A DNA stretch of 64,000 nucleotides from Lachnospiraceae bacterium (lineage in GTDB: Bacteria > Bacillota > Clostridia > Lachnospirales > Lachnospiraceae). The translations under genes were made by a program, and so were the position numbers. Shown here in pieces: positions 29,899 through 40,792 of the stretch; position 1 is the first letter of the stretch; each line of letters starts with the position of its first letter. The notes under the pieces are model-generated. The model ran no database searches and had not been told where the DNA came from. It worked only from the letters and a program-made list of their open reading frames with translations. Location: the NCBI GenBank assembly GCA_021201095.1, contig JAJQFO010000123.1:3871-67870 (forward strand), given 5' to 3'.

Positions 29899-30660
29899 AT
29901 GTTTACAAAACGTATCATCCCCTGTCTGGATGTGAATAATGGCCGTGTGGTCAAGGGTGTGAATTTTGTCAATCTGCGGGATGCGGGCGACCCGGTCGAA
30001 ATTGCGGCAGCCTATGACGCGGCCGGAGCAGACGAGCTGGTGTTTCTGGATATCACGGCATCCTCGGACGCACGCAATACGGTCGTGGATATGGTCCGGG
30101 AGGTCGCGAAAAAGGTCTTTATCCCATTTACCGTCGGCGGCGGCATCCGCACGGTCGAGGATTTCCGGCTGCTTTTGCGCGAAGGCGCGGACAAGATTTC
30201 GATCAATTCCGCGGCGATCATGAATCCGCAGCTTATTGCGGATGCGGCGGAAAAATTCGGGCGGCAGTGTGTGGTCGTGGCAATCGACGCGAGGCGCAGA
30301 CCCGACGGCTCGGGGTGGAATATTTTCAAAAACGGCGGCCGGGTCGATATGGGGATTGACGCGGTCGAGTGGGCGATGCAGGCGGACCGGCTGGGTGCCG
30401 GTGAGATTTTGCTGACCAGCATGGACTGTGACGGCACAAAGGCAGGCTATGATATCGAACTGACGCGCACGATCGCGGAGCATGTGTCTGTCCCTGTCAT
30501 TGCCTCCGGCGGCGCCGGGACGATGGAGCATTTTTATGACGCGCTCACCGAAGGAAAGGCAGACGCGGCGCTGGCCGCCTCTCTGTTTCACTATAAAGAG
30601 CTGGAGATCCGCGAGGTGAAGGAGTATCTGCGGGGACGCGGCGTGAGTGTGCGGATGTAA
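29899..30660 (+). CDS. hisF: Imidazole glycerol phosphate synthase cyclase subunit
   Basis: [31 protein letters not shown]. Confidence 0.96.
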   Translation: MFTKRIIPCLDVNNGRVVKGVNFVNLRDAGDPVEIAAAYDAAGADELVFLDITASSDARNTVVDMVREVAKKVFIPFTVGGGIRTVEDFRLLLREGADKISINSAAIMNPQLIADAAEKFGRQCVVVAIDARRRPDGSGWNIFKNGGRVDMGIDAVEWAMQADRLGAGEILLTSMDCDGTKAGYDIELTRTIAEHVSVPVIASGGAGTMEHFYDALTEGKADAALAASLFHYKELEIREVKEYLRGRGVSVRM

Positions 30661-30682
30661 AGAAGAGAAGGGAGAGAATCAT

Positions 30683-31357
30683 ATGCCTCCGATTTCCAAT
30701 GACTGGCTGACTCCGTTAAAGCCGGAGTTTTCGAAGCCTTATTACGCGAAGCTCTACCGCCAGATCAATGAGGAATACAAAAGCCGCGTGGTTTACCCGC
30801 CGGCGGATGATATTTTTAACGCTTTTGCATTTACACCGCTCTCGAAGGTAAAGGTGGTGATCCTCGGGCAGGACCCCTATCACGAGGAAGGGCAGGCGCA
30901 TGGGCTTTGCTTCTCTGTTAAACCGGGTACTGACATTCCCCCGTCGCTGGTCAACATTTACCAGGAGCTGCACGAGGACTGCGGCTGTTATATTCCGAAC
31001 AACGGTTATCTGACAAAATGGGCCGAGCAGGGCGTTTTGCTGCTCAATACCGTGCTGACCGTGCGGGCGCATCAGGCAAACTCCCACCGGGGGATAGGCT
31101 GGGAGGAATTCACCGATGCGGCGATCCGTGCCGTCAATCAGATCGACCGTCCGGTGGTCTATCTGCTCTGGGGGCGTCCTGCGCAGATGAAAAAATCGAT
31201 GCTCGACAATCCAAACCACCTGATCCTAGAGGCTCCCCATCCGAGCCCGCTCTCCGCTTACCGGGGCTTCTTCGGATGCCGGCATTTCTCCAGGGCGAAT
31301 AAATTTCTGAAACAGAACGGGATCGAGCCCATCGACTGGCAGATCGAAAATATATGA
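30683..31357 (+). CDS. ung: Uracil-DNA glycosylase family 1
   Basis: GQDPYH, GVLLLN, HPSPLS. Confidence 0.95.
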   Translation: MPPISNDWLTPLKPEFSKPYYAKLYRQINEEYKSRVVYPPADDIFNAFAFTPLSKVKVVILGQDPYHEEGQAHGLCFSVKPGTDIPPSLVNIYQELHEDCGCYIPNNGYLTKWAEQGVLLLNTVLTVRAHQANSHRGIGWEEFTDAAIRAVNQIDRPVVYLLWGRPAQMKKSMLDNPNHLILEAPHPSPLSAYRGFFGCRHFSRANKFLKQNGIEPIDWQIENI

Positions 31358-31488
31358 AAAAAACACACTTTTCTGAAAAAAGAATCACTGAAACAGGTGG
31401 TTCTTTTTTTTATGATGTACACAGGCGCGAAAGGAAAATAGTAGCTCGGCATAGGCGCGAGTATAAGAAACCGGATGGAGGAAAATGG

Positions 31489-34400
31489 ATGAGCGGATAT
31501 GAGTATTTAGATGAAAAAGGAACCTTCCGGCTGCAAAATCCGGATCAGACGGGGTATCTGTATTTCCCGATAGCGGGTGAAAATGGTGTGAAAGGCGCGG
31601 TGACGCCGAATCTGTGCGGAGATCTGAAGCTGGATCAGAACACCTTTGTCCTTCAGCCGGTGAGCGCGGAGGATTTGGCGGAATCGAAGGCGGGGCGGAA
31701 TTTCTGGTGCGTGACAGACGACGGCGTCTGCTGGTCAGCCGCGGGCAATTCCGCCATGGCTGAGATGGAGCGGTTTTCGGCTCTGCCAGAAGAACAGGAA
31801 GACAGGGACAATCCTGGCGGCGTGAAGCAGGACTGCTCTGCCGCAGCTTCTGATGAAAATAGTAAAAATAGGATGGATTGTAGTAATCGGAATAGTGTGG
31901 TGCTTACAGCCGGACCGATGTGGCAGAGTGTTACGCGGAGAGACCGAAGGACGCATCTGGAGGCGGAGATTACCAGCTTTGTACCGGTGACGGATGAGCT
32001 TGCGGAGATGATGATTGTGCAGATCAGAAATGCCGGCGGCTGCCCGGTGTGTTTTTCACCGATTGCCGCGGTGCCGCTTTATGCGAGGAGTGCGGATAAT
32101 ATTCGCGATCACCGGCATGTCACGAGCCTGCTGCATCGGATCCATACGACAGAAGACGGGGTATTTGTACGCCCCACGCTGACCTTCGATGAGCGCGGTC
32201 ATCAGCGCAATACAAAGACTTATTTCGTGACCGGCTGCGACGGGACTGGTGCAAAGCCGATCGGTTTTTGTCCGGTGCTGGAGGATTTTGTCGGGGAGGG
32301 CGGCAGTCTTTTGTGGCCGGAGAAGGTCGTGCGCAATCTGCCTTTTGAGGAGCCTGGGCGGGATTATGCCGGCTATGAGGCCGTCGGTGCTTTGCGTTTT
32401 GCAGATGTGACATTGCAGCCTGGAGAGGAGACCGCCTATCTGATCCGGATTGGGATGTCGGAAGAGGTGCCGCCTCGCTGCGATTTGAGGGCAGAACGCA
32501 CTGCCCATTCGAAAGGGGCATTGCGCGCAGACGGCACTGAGGGAAAAAACATTCCGCAGAGCCTTGACATTTTGCAGGTGCCTGCGGATGACGGACAAGC
32601 GCAGCATGGCCGGGCCAGGCAGATGAAATCCAATGAAACCGGAACATTTGAGGCTGCTCGGGAAAAGCACTGCGGTCATGCAGATTCCGGCATAATCCGG
32701 ACCCTTGCGGACGCAAGGAACGCACTGCAAATGACGAGGGATTACTGGAACAGCCGGATCCGGGTGCAGATAAAGAGCGGTGATGACGCATTTGACCACT
32801 GGATGTACTGGGTGACTTTTCAGCCGATACTGCGCCGGATCTACGGCTGCTCATTTTTGCCGCATCATGATTACGGAAAAGGCGGACGCGGATGGCGGGA
32901 TCTCTGGCAGGATTGTCTGGCACTCCTGATCATGAACCCGGATGGCGTGCGGCAGATGATTATTGACAATTGCGGCGGCGTGCGGTTTGACGGCACGAAT
33001 GCGACGATTATCGGCAGCCATCCCAGTGAGTTTATCGCTGACCGCAACAACATTACCCGCGTCTGGATGGATCATGGTTTCTGGCCTTTGTTTACAGTGA
33101 AATTTTACCTCGATCAGACCGGGGATTTTTCGGTGCTGCTCAAAGAATGTACTTATTTTAAAGACCGGCAGGAAATGCGGGGGACGGAAACAGACAAGGA
33201 TTGGGATTTTTATGTAAATTCAGATGAAAAATCGAACGATAAAACAGAAGAAAGGCCAGATGGAAAGGCAGGCGAACAAACAGGTGAAAAGCCAGTACTC
33301 TGTGATCAGAATGGAAAAATCCACACCGGGACGGTGCTGGAGCATCTGCTGGTCCAGAATATGACAGCCTTTTATGAGAGAGGGGAGCATGCCCACATCC
33401 GCCTGCGCGATGCGGACTGGAATGACGCGCTTGACATGGCATCAGAGCGCGGGGAGAGCGTGGCGTTTACGGCGGCTTATGCGATGAATCTGGAGACGCT
33501 TTCGGAAATCCTGCTGAAGCTGAAGGAAAAAACGGGAATGACAAAGCTGGAGCTCTCGCAGGAGATGGAAATCCTCTTTACAGGGTTTGAAACACAGGAG
33601 CAAGAGGTGCTTCGTACCTACTGCAAATCCTGCTATCCGACTGTATCGGGGCGCAGTGTTTTTCTGGATACGGAGTATGCAGCCAGGATTCTTCAGAAAA
33701 TGGCCGGCGAGATACGCGGGCATATTCGGGAATGCGAATGGATTCAGGATCAGGAGGATGGATGGTTCAACAGTTACTACGATAACCACGGAAATGCAGT
33801 GGAAGGAATTTTCGGGGAAGAGCGCCGGATGATGCTGACTGGTCAGGTCTTCACGATTATGTCCGGAACCGCGACCGACGAACAGACGGAACAGATCGTT
33901 CACGCGGCGGATCGGCTGCTCTATGAAAAACGCCTGGGCGGCTACCGGCTGAATACGGATTTTAAAGAAGTGAAGACAGATCTGGGAAGAATGTTCGGCT
34001 TTGCCTACGGGCATAAGGAAAATGGGGCGGTCTTTTCTCATATGGCGGTGATGTTTGGCAATGCCCTTTATCGGCGCGGATTTGCAAAAGAAGGATTTCG
34101 GGCGCTGAACAGTCTGTATGAGCAGACGTCCGATTTTGAGGTGAGCCGGATTTATCCGGGGATTCCGGAATATTTTAACGACCGCGGCAGAGGCATGTAT
34201 CACTATCTGACCGGCGCTGCGAGCTGGATGCTGATGACGGTGGTTACGCAGATGTTCGGCGTGCGGGGCGAGTATGGAGATCTGCTGCTGGAGCCGAAGC
34301 TTCAAAAGAGTCAGTTTGACGCCGAAGGCCGCGCCGGGCTGCGCACGGATTTTGCACACAGGAGCTGGCATGTTGTTTATTGCAATCCGGAGAAGCTGGA

Positions 34401-34560
34401 TTATGGCGCATATGTGATTAAAAAAGTATGGGTCAATGGCAGTGCCCAGACGGTCCCGAAAGCGAGTGCCTCGTTCCGGATGTCAGCAGAGGAAATCGGG
34501 CGGCTTAGCGTAGGAACGCTGGTTTCCGTGGAGGTAGAATTGGGATCGGTAATGTTTTAA
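31489..34560 (+). CDS. GH94 glycoside phosphorylase, laminaribiose phosphorylase-like
   Basis: HHDYGKGGRGWRDLWQD, ADWNDALD, GESVAF, KENGAVFSH, YLTGAASW; RBS GGAGG before ATG 31489. Confidence 0.8.
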   Translation: MSGYEYLDEKGTFRLQNPDQTGYLYFPIAGENGVKGAVTPNLCGDLKLDQNTFVLQPVSAEDLAESKAGRNFWCVTDDGVCWSAAGNSAMAEMERFSALPEEQEDRDNPGGVKQDCSAAASDENSKNRMDCSNRNSVVLTAGPMWQSVTRRDRRTHLEAEITSFVPVTDELAEMMIVQIRNAGGCPVCFSPIAAVPLYARSADNIRDHRHVTSLLHRIHTTEDGVFVRPTLTFDERGHQRNTKTYFVTGCDGTGAKPIGFCPVLEDFVGEGGSLLWPEKVVRNLPFEEPGRDYAGYEAVGALRFADVTLQPGEETAYLIRIGMSEEVPPRCDLRAERTAHSKGALRADGTEGKNIPQSLDILQVPADDGQAQHGRARQMKSNETGTFEAAREKHCGHADSGIIRTLADARNALQMTRDYWNSRIRVQIKSGDDAFDHWMYWVTFQPILRRIYGCSFLPHHDYGKGGRGWRDLWQDCLALLIMNPDGVRQMIIDNCGGVRFDGTNATIIGSHPSEFIADRNNITRVWMDHGFWPLFTVKFYLDQTGDFSVLLKECTYFKDRQEMRGTETDKDWDFYVNSDEKSNDKTEERPDGKAGEQTGEKPVLCDQNGKIHTGTVLEHLLVQNMTAFYERGEHAHIRLRDADWNDALDMASERGESVAFTAAYAMNLETLSEILLKLKEKTGMTKLELSQEMEILFTGFETQEQEVLRTYCKSCYPTVSGRSVFLDTEYAARILQKMAGEIRGHIRECEWIQDQEDGWFNSYYDNHGNAVEGIFGEERRMMLTGQVFTIMSGTATDEQTEQIVHAADRLLYEKRLGGYRLNTDFKEVKTDLGRMFGFAYGHKENGAVFSHMAVMFGNALYRRGFAKEGFRALNSLYEQTSDFEVSRIYPGIPEYFNDRGRGMYHYLTGAASWMLMTVVTQMFGVRGEYGDLLLEPKLQKSQFDAEGRAGLRTDFAHRSWHVVYCNPEKLDYGAYVIKKVWVNGSAQTVPKASASFRMSAEEIGRLSVGTLVSVEVELGSVMF

Positions 34561-34732
34561 TGATGCAAAGAGCTGGCGAGGGGCATAGCCCGGCGAGGGA
34601 ATTTTATTGCTAAAGCTGCACCCGGGTCTGCGCTTCGGTTTAAGGATGCCCATACCCGGGTTTGCTGTGCGCAGCGAGCTTTGAAATATAGTTATTTTGG
34701 CTAAAACAGATATGAGGCAAGGAGGAGAATAC

Positions 34733-37700
34733 ATGGACAGGAAAGCAGCATCCTTTGTGATGGGAAATTATGGAAAGAAGCCGCCGTTTGCGAGTTTTTT
34801 GCCGGGAATCAGCGGGGTGCGGGGAATTCCGCTGTGGTGCTATTATGTGAACCGCGGGCAGTGTGTGGTGAGCTTTGGCGCGGAAAATAAGGATAAGGCG
34901 ATTATGGAGTTTTATCCGGCGCAGGACGCCTATCAGAATGCGAAGCGCACGGGGTTCCGCACATTTTTGCGTGTAAATGGAAAATATATGGAGCCGTTTG
35001 CCAGCGAGGAGCAGCCGCATCAGATGCGTATCTTTAAGAACAGTCTGGAAATTTCCTGCGAAGAAGCGGGAATCAGGACAGAGGTTTCTTATTTTACCCT
35101 TCCGAATGAGGAGCTTGGCGCACTGGTCCGCACGGTGAAGGTGACTTATGTGGGTGAGAAGGCGCGGGAACAGGACTACGAAAGAAGCAAGGAGGCAGAC
35201 ACACAGCCGGAAGCTGCTGCACTTGCTGCGCAAACAGAGAATGTTAGCGTTAATGGCAAAGGCAGTGGGAATGGGAATGCATTTTCAGAGAAAGCGCCTG
35301 AAAATACGGATGCTGATACCGAATCAATCGTCCTGGAAATCCTTGACGGGATGCCGGCCGTGGTGCCTTATGGCCTGTCGATTGAGATGACAAAGATGAT
35401 GAAGGAGCTCTCGAAGGCCTGGATGGAATCGGAGGTGATCGAGGATGAAATCACCTGCTACCGGGTGCGGGCGAGCATGGGCGATTCAACGGTGGTGCGT
35501 GCGGTGGAGGGCGCGAATTTTTCCATTGGTATGACTGCGGACGGCACGCGCCTGAGAGCGGTGGCGGATCCGGAGGCGGTCTTTGCTTATGACAGCTCTC
35601 TGGGGGCTCCGGTGACCTTTGCACTGGATGGACTGGAAGGGGTGAATGCGTATCCTGCGATGCGCCAGAATCAGTTTCCCTGCAGCTTTTTCGGAATCAA
35701 AAAGACCCTGCGTCCCGGAGAGTCAGTGACTTTGTATGAACTGATCGGCCAGGCAGAGCACATGAAGGAGCTGAAAAAGTTTGGCAAAAAGTGCCTGGAC
35801 GCAGCTTATTTTTCCCAAAAAAGGACGATCGCAGACAGCCTCGCCGAGGAGCTTGGCGCACACATGGACTGCCGCACGGCGGATCCGGTGTTTGACGAAT
35901 ATTGCCGTTATACCTTTATGGACAATGCCCTGCGCGGCGGCGCGCCGGTGCTGCTGGGGGAAACGGAAAAACAGGAAGATTTCTCCGCGGGATTTGGAGG
36001 AACGGAAAAATACGGCGGCGATGCATCTGCGGCATCCGGAAAAAGTACGGAATGCGGCGGACCACTGTCGGAATCCGAACAATTGAAAGAACCGGTTCCG
36101 ACGGCGAAGGTTTTCTATGTCTATTCAAGAAAACATGGCGACCTGGAGCGGGAATACAATTATTTTTCTTTAATGCCGGAATATTATTCACAGGGGAACG
36201 GAAACTTCCGTGATGTCAACCAGAACCGCCGCTGCGACCCGCTGTTTTTCCCATTTGTGGGTGATTTTAATGTCCGCGCGTTTTATTCACTGCTGCAGCC
36301 GGACGGCTACAATCCGCTCGGAATCGAGAAGATTACCTATGAGCTGGACAAAGCTGCGTGTCCGGAGTTGTTCCCGGAAGAAGCTTCTTTGGCAGGAGAG
36401 AAAAATCCGAATATCAGAGATGGCCGAAAAAATAGTGACAGCAGATGTCATAAAGAAGATAGTTCAAAACCGGGGGGAACATTCACATTCACGCCGGGAA
36501 GTCTTTACCGCATGATTTCTGAGAAAGTATCAGCCAAATATCAGGAATCCCGGGAATTCCTTTCATCCGTGCAGGATTCTGCGAAAACACAGCAGGAAGC
36601 ACGCATAACGGAAACGCACACAACGGAAATGCAGCCGGAATCGCCACTGGGGGATACACTGCAGCAGGAAGCAGATGCCCGTATTGAAGCACTTTTTTCA
36701 AAATGTCTTTCGTTGGCGACTCCTTTGGTGAACGGGAAGTTTGGAGAGGGCTACTGGACAGATCACTGGATTTACAACCTGGATCTGATCGAAAATTATC
36801 TGCGTGTTTTTCCGGAAAAGGAGGAAGAACTGCTTTTTGAGCCGGCATGTACCTGGTTCCGCCCGCAGGCAGGCGTGCTGGAGAGGAGGAAGCGTTACGA
36901 AAAAACGGAAAATGGGATCCGTCAGTACCATTCCCTCATCGAAGGTCTGGAGGCAGAGTCAGGATGCGAGAATGAGCTGCTGCTCTGCGATGCACATGGC
37001 AAAGGCCGGGTGATTCATGCGAGCATTATGGAGAAGCTGGTGATGCTCTGCGTGACCAAATTTGCTGCGCTGGATGCTTACGGCATGGGAATTGAGATGG
37101 AAGGCGGCAAACCAGGCTGGTATGATGCACTCAACGGCCTTCCGGGGCTTTTAGGCTCCTCGGTCTGCGAGCTTGGCGAGCTCTCCCGCAATCTGGAATA
37201 TACGATCCGCTCTCTGAAAAAATACGGGCGGGATGTCGAAACCCTGGCGGAGCTGGCAGAATTTTTTGAAGAAATCCGAAACATTGCACATGAGGAGAGG
37301 GAAGAATTGCTTGCGCCAGGAGAAGCCATCTCCTTCTGGAACCGTATCAATGACGCCAAAGAAGCGTACCGGAAGAAGGTTTATGCCGGGGTGAGCGGTG
37401 AAAAGAAGGTTCTGAAAGCCAACACACTGGTGCCGGTGCTGCAGGAATGGCTGGAGCTGGTCAACGTGGGACTTCAAAAAGCAACGGAGGCCGGAGACGG
37501 CATTTGCTCCTCTTACTTCTATTATAATGTAACCTCGTATGAGGAGAGCAGTGAAGGAATCCTGCCGACTCATTTGGAACAGGTGAGTCTTCCGCATTTC
37601 CTTGAGGGGCCGGTGCATGCCCTGCGGCTTCCGGCGGCGGAAACAGAAAAAAGGGCGATGTATGGCCGCATAAAGGAAAGTGCATTGTATGATCAAAAGC

Positions 37701-38434
37701 TTTCTATGTACAAGGTCAACGAACCCCTCGCAGGCAGCTCCTTTGAGCTCGGCCGCTGCCGGGCATTCACACCGGGTTGGCTGGAAAATGAGTCCGTATG
37801 GTTGCATATGGAGTACAAATATCTGCTGGAGCTTTTGAAATCCGGGCTTTATGAAGAATTCTTTCAGGATTTCCATGCGGCGGCAGTGCCGTTTTTAGAC
37901 CCGGAGGTGTATGGGAGAAGCGTTTACGAAAATTCCTCCTTCCTGGCAAGCAGCGCAAACCTGGATCCGCGCAGACACGGACGCGGATTTGTGGCCCGCC
38001 TGAGCGGTTCCACGGCGGAATTTATCCATATGTGGACGCTGATGATGTTTGGGAAACAGCCCTTTGCGATGAATGAGAAAGACAGAACACTGTCGCTTTC
38101 CTTGCAGCCGGCCCTTCCCGCGTGGCTGATTCCGGCGGACGGCATTGTAGAGGCAAAATTCCTTGGGAACACGAATGTGCGTTATCACTTTCCGGAACAG
38201 AAGGACTATCTGCCGGGGCAGTATGCGATCGAAAAAACGATTCTGCGGTATTGCGATGCGGAAGAGGGCAGCGGAAGCGGCATTGCTAACAGTTCAGAAG
38301 AGAATGGCTTAAAAGTGAATAACTCAAAAGCGAATAACTCAAAAGTGGAGTACGATACCGGTAACCTGCCGGAGGCAGCTGCGCTGGATGTACGAAATGG
38401 GAAAGTGAAGGAAATAGAGGCTTTTTTGTGTTGA
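34733..38434 (+). CDS. GH161-like beta-1,3-glucan phosphorylase
   Basis: YVNRGQ, YSRKHGDLEREYNYF, QGNGNFRDVNQNRR, EGYWTDHW, PGWYDALNGLPG, GWLENES; adjacent to GH94 and an ABC importer. Confidence 0.75.
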   Translation: MDRKAASFVMGNYGKKPPFASFLPGISGVRGIPLWCYYVNRGQCVVSFGAENKDKAIMEFYPAQDAYQNAKRTGFRTFLRVNGKYMEPFASEEQPHQMRIFKNSLEISCEEAGIRTEVSYFTLPNEELGALVRTVKVTYVGEKAREQDYERSKEADTQPEAAALAAQTENVSVNGKGSGNGNAFSEKAPENTDADTESIVLEILDGMPAVVPYGLSIEMTKMMKELSKAWMESEVIEDEITCYRVRASMGDSTVVRAVEGANFSIGMTADGTRLRAVADPEAVFAYDSSLGAPVTFALDGLEGVNAYPAMRQNQFPCSFFGIKKTLRPGESVTLYELIGQAEHMKELKKFGKKCLDAAYFSQKRTIADSLAEELGAHMDCRTADPVFDEYCRYTFMDNALRGGAPVLLGETEKQEDFSAGFGGTEKYGGDASAASGKSTECGGPLSESEQLKEPVPTAKVFYVYSRKHGDLEREYNYFSLMPEYYSQGNGNFRDVNQNRRCDPLFFPFVGDFNVRAFYSLLQPDGYNPLGIEKITYELDKAACPELFPEEASLAGEKNPNIRDGRKNSDSRCHKEDSSKPGGTFTFTPGSLYRMISEKVSAKYQESREFLSSVQDSAKTQQEARITETHTTEMQPESPLGDTLQQEADARIEALFSKCLSLATPLVNGKFGEGYWTDHWIYNLDLIENYLRVFPEKEEELLFEPACTWFRPQAGVLERRKRYEKTENGIRQYHSLIEGLEAESGCENELLLCDAHGKGRVIHASIMEKLVMLCVTKFAALDAYGMGIEMEGGKPGWYDALNGLPGLLGSSVCELGELSRNLEYTIRSLKKYGRDVETLAELAEFFEEIRNIAHEEREELLAPGEAISFWNRINDAKEAYRKKVYAGVSGEKKVLKANTLVPVLQEWLELVNVGLQKATEAGDGICSSYFYYNVTSYEESSEGILPTHLEQVSLPHFLEGPVHALRLPAAETEKRAMYGRIKESALYDQKLSMYKVNEPLAGSSFELGRCRAFTPGWLENESVWLHMEYKYLLELLKSGLYEEFFQDFHAAAVPFLDPEVYGRSVYENSSFLASSANLDPRRHGRGFVARLSGSTAEFIHMWTLMMFGKQPFAMNEKDRTLSLSLQPALPAWLIPADGIVEAKFLGNTNVRYHFPEQKDYLPGQYAIEKTILRYCDAEEGSGSGIANSSEENGLKVNNSKANNSKVEYDTGNLPEAAALDVRNGKVKEIEAFLC

Positions 38435-38459
38435 AAGAGAGCTCAAATAATGGTAAAAT
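38431..38459 (+). promoter_or_regulatory. Promoter for the 61-aa ORF
   Basis: TTGAAA-17 nt-TAAAAT with TG extension. Confidence 0.55.
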
Positions 38460-38516
38460 GATTTTACTAACAGGGAAAAACAACCAGTGAATCCGCAATG
38501 AAAGGAGGAATACAGT

Positions 38517-38702
38517 ATGCCTACAAACGAAAAAGAATATAACGGATATTTGTTTGATCAGCTGACATTGATCGAGGATATTGAGAGAGTTGCGGAAACC
38601 GGAGATATGGAAGCAGTAAAGTCAGAGCTGGCCCGAAAGAAAAAGCAGGTAGAAAGAAAGCTTTATCAGGCACCGCCACTCCCGCAAAATGAGACAAGAT
38701 AG
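38517..38702 (+). CDS. 61-aa small helical protein of unknown function
   Basis: RBS AAAGGAGG; own promoter; downstream hairpin gaaaccgtc…ggcggttttc with T-rich tail. Confidence 0.7.
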   Translation: MPTNEKEYNGYLFDQLTLIEDIERVAETGDMEAVKSELARKKKQVERKLYQAPPLPQNETR

Positions 38703-38915
38703 GTACGTTGTTTATATGTGAAACCGTCAGGTGTAAAAGCCGGGCGGTTTTCTTTTCATACGAAGAACCGGGTAAGGAGTTTTGTCAGAGAAAAATTATT
38801 TTCTGAGTTGCAAAGAGGCTGTTTTCATGTATAATCATAGATATGAAAGATTTACCGGGAATCTTGTAAAAAACGATTTACATGATTTGCTGTAATTTAG
38901 GAGGTGTGACGGCGA

Positions 38916-40520
38916 ATGGCAAAAACTTTTAATGTTACCGGAGCATGCAATCCTGCCAGGCACTATATGGTTGATCTGAAATCCAGACTGGAAGAAATCA
39001 AAAAGATGGTGGACGCGGGTGATTATTTTTCCATCAACCGTGCCAGACAATATGGAAAGACGACTACTTTGCGTGCACTGGCAAAGTATCTGGAAGATGA
39101 TTATGTGGTACTGAGTCTTGATTTTCAGAAAATGAGTACGGCGGATTTTTCAACGGAGTCTGATTTTGTGAAAGGACTCTCTCGCGAAGTTTACAGAGTG
39201 ATCCGCCGAATTCCCACGATACCGGACGAAACTGCCCGGGAAATCAGGAAAATGGCAGGAATAGGAGAAAATGGACATAGCAGCGGAGCTTTTAAACTGG
39301 GGGATCTTTTCTTTTGCTTCAGCGACTGGTGTGAGTTTTCGGATAAGCCGATCGTCCTGATGATTGATGAAGTGGATACTGCTTCCAATAATCAGGTATT
39401 TCTGGATTTTCTGGCGCAGCTGAGGGCCTATTATCTTGACCGGGATACAACCCCCACCTTTCAGTCGGTGATTCTGGCAGGACTATACGATATTCGCAAT
39501 CTGAAAAGGAAAATTCGTCCTGATTCGGAACATAAACAGAACAGCCCATGGAATATTGCGGCTGAATTTGATGTCGGTATGAGTTTCACCAAAGATGATA
39601 TAGCTGGGATGCTCAGGCAATATGAATCTGATTATCATACAGGAATGGCTATTGAGGGCTTAGCCGGCCAGATTTTCGATTATACATCAGGATATCCTTA
39701 TCTGGTTTCCCGATTATGCAAGCTTATGGATGAGAAGATTGCAGACAGCAGCCAGTTCAAAGATAAAACAGATGTATGGACGAAAGAGGGCCTGATGGAA
39801 GCGGTAAAGCTTTTGCTGAATGAGTCAAACGCTCTGTTCCAGTCTCTGACAGGAAAGGTGAGAGATTATCCGGTGCTTCGAACGACTCTGTATGAGCTGC
39901 TTTTTACTGGGAAACAGGTCCAGTACAATGAATTAAATGAGTATATTGAGATGGCGGCCATGTTTGGGTTTGTGAAGAATGCAAATGGATCTGCTGTCAT
40001 TTCCAACCGGATTTTTGAGACAGTTCTGTACAACTGGTTCATTTCCGAGGAGTTTATGGACAGCAAGCTGTATGATTTCGGTGTTCAGGAGAAAAATAAG
40101 TTCGTGACAGGCGGACATCTGAATGTCAGACTGGTATTAGAGCGTTTTATCGAAAGCTTTGATTATCTTTATGGAGATCAGGATGAGGCTTTTCTGGAGG
40201 ATGTCGGAAGGCGCTACTTTATGCTGTATCTGAAACCCATCATTAATGGCGTGGGAAATTGTTATGTGGAAGCACAGACGAGGAACCGGGAAAGGACAGA
40301 TCTGGTCATTGATTATCGCGGCGAACAATTTATAATCGAACTCAAAATATGGCGGGGAAATGCTTATAACCAGCGGGGAGAAGACCAGCTGGTCGATTAT
40401 CTGAATTACTTCCATCTGACGAAGGGGTATATGCTGAGCTTTTGTTTTAATAAGAACAAAAAGGTTGGTATAAAGGAAATTTCTTTAGGAGATAAGACTC
40501 TGATAGAAGCAGTTGTTTGA
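38916..40520 (+). CDS. AAA-type ATPase fused to a C-terminal PD-(D/E)XK nuclease domain
   Basis: Walker A RARQYGKTT, Walker B VLMIDEVD, SPWNIA, GYPYLV; C-terminal E…RTDLVI…IIELK…QL..YL. Confidence 0.8.
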   Translation: MAKTFNVTGACNPARHYMVDLKSRLEEIKKMVDAGDYFSINRARQYGKTTTLRALAKYLEDDYVVLSLDFQKMSTADFSTESDFVKGLSREVYRVIRRIPTIPDETAREIRKMAGIGENGHSSGAFKLGDLFFCFSDWCEFSDKPIVLMIDEVDTASNNQVFLDFLAQLRAYYLDRDTTPTFQSVILAGLYDIRNLKRKIRPDSEHKQNSPWNIAAEFDVGMSFTKDDIAGMLRQYESDYHTGMAIEGLAGQIFDYTSGYPYLVSRLCKLMDEKIADSSQFKDKTDVWTKEGLMEAVKLLLNESNALFQSLTGKVRDYPVLRTTLYELLFTGKQVQYNELNEYIEMAAMFGFVKNANGSAVISNRIFETVLYNWFISEEFMDSKLYDFGVQEKNKFVTGGHLNVRLVLERFIESFDYLYGDQDEAFLEDVGRRYFMLYLKPIINGVGNCYVEAQTRNRERTDLVIDYRGEQFIIELKIWRGNAYNQRGEDQLVDYLNYFHLTKGYMLSFCFNKNKKVGIKEISLGDKTLIEAVV

Positions 40521-40542
40521 CTGGTATGTATGGAAATGTAGG

Positions 40543-40584
40543 AAAGCTCTGTGCTTAAAAATTAAAAAGCGCGGAGCTTTTTTT
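40543..40584 (+). terminator. Intrinsic terminator after the ATPase-nuclease gene
   Basis: aaagctctgtgc…gcgcggagc-ttttttt. Confidence 0.65.
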
Positions 40585-40792
40585 ACATACGGCTGTGTAA
40601 GATATGATTCCGGCTAAAGCTGGATGCCGCCGACAGACTGCAATCGCGCAGAGAGCAGGAGACAAGTCTCCCTTCTGGATTATAAAAAAACGACACCTCA
40701 ATAAAAAATAAACCACTTTTTTTCTCCTTCGAAATTTTTATAATGAACACAGCTTTGAAACAGAAGTAAAAAATTTAAAGGAGGAATATGAA

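Noticed and set aside
29167-30660. hisH-hisF without hisA, and isolated cobM at 23972-24745
   Set aside because: Split biosynthetic operons are common in Clostridia; nothing unusual can be shown from this window alone.
955-38345. Inteins or introns as the explanation for the in-frame inserts
   Set aside because: Inserts are short and low-complexity, lack Cys/Ser…His-Asn splice motifs, and show no group I/II intron features.
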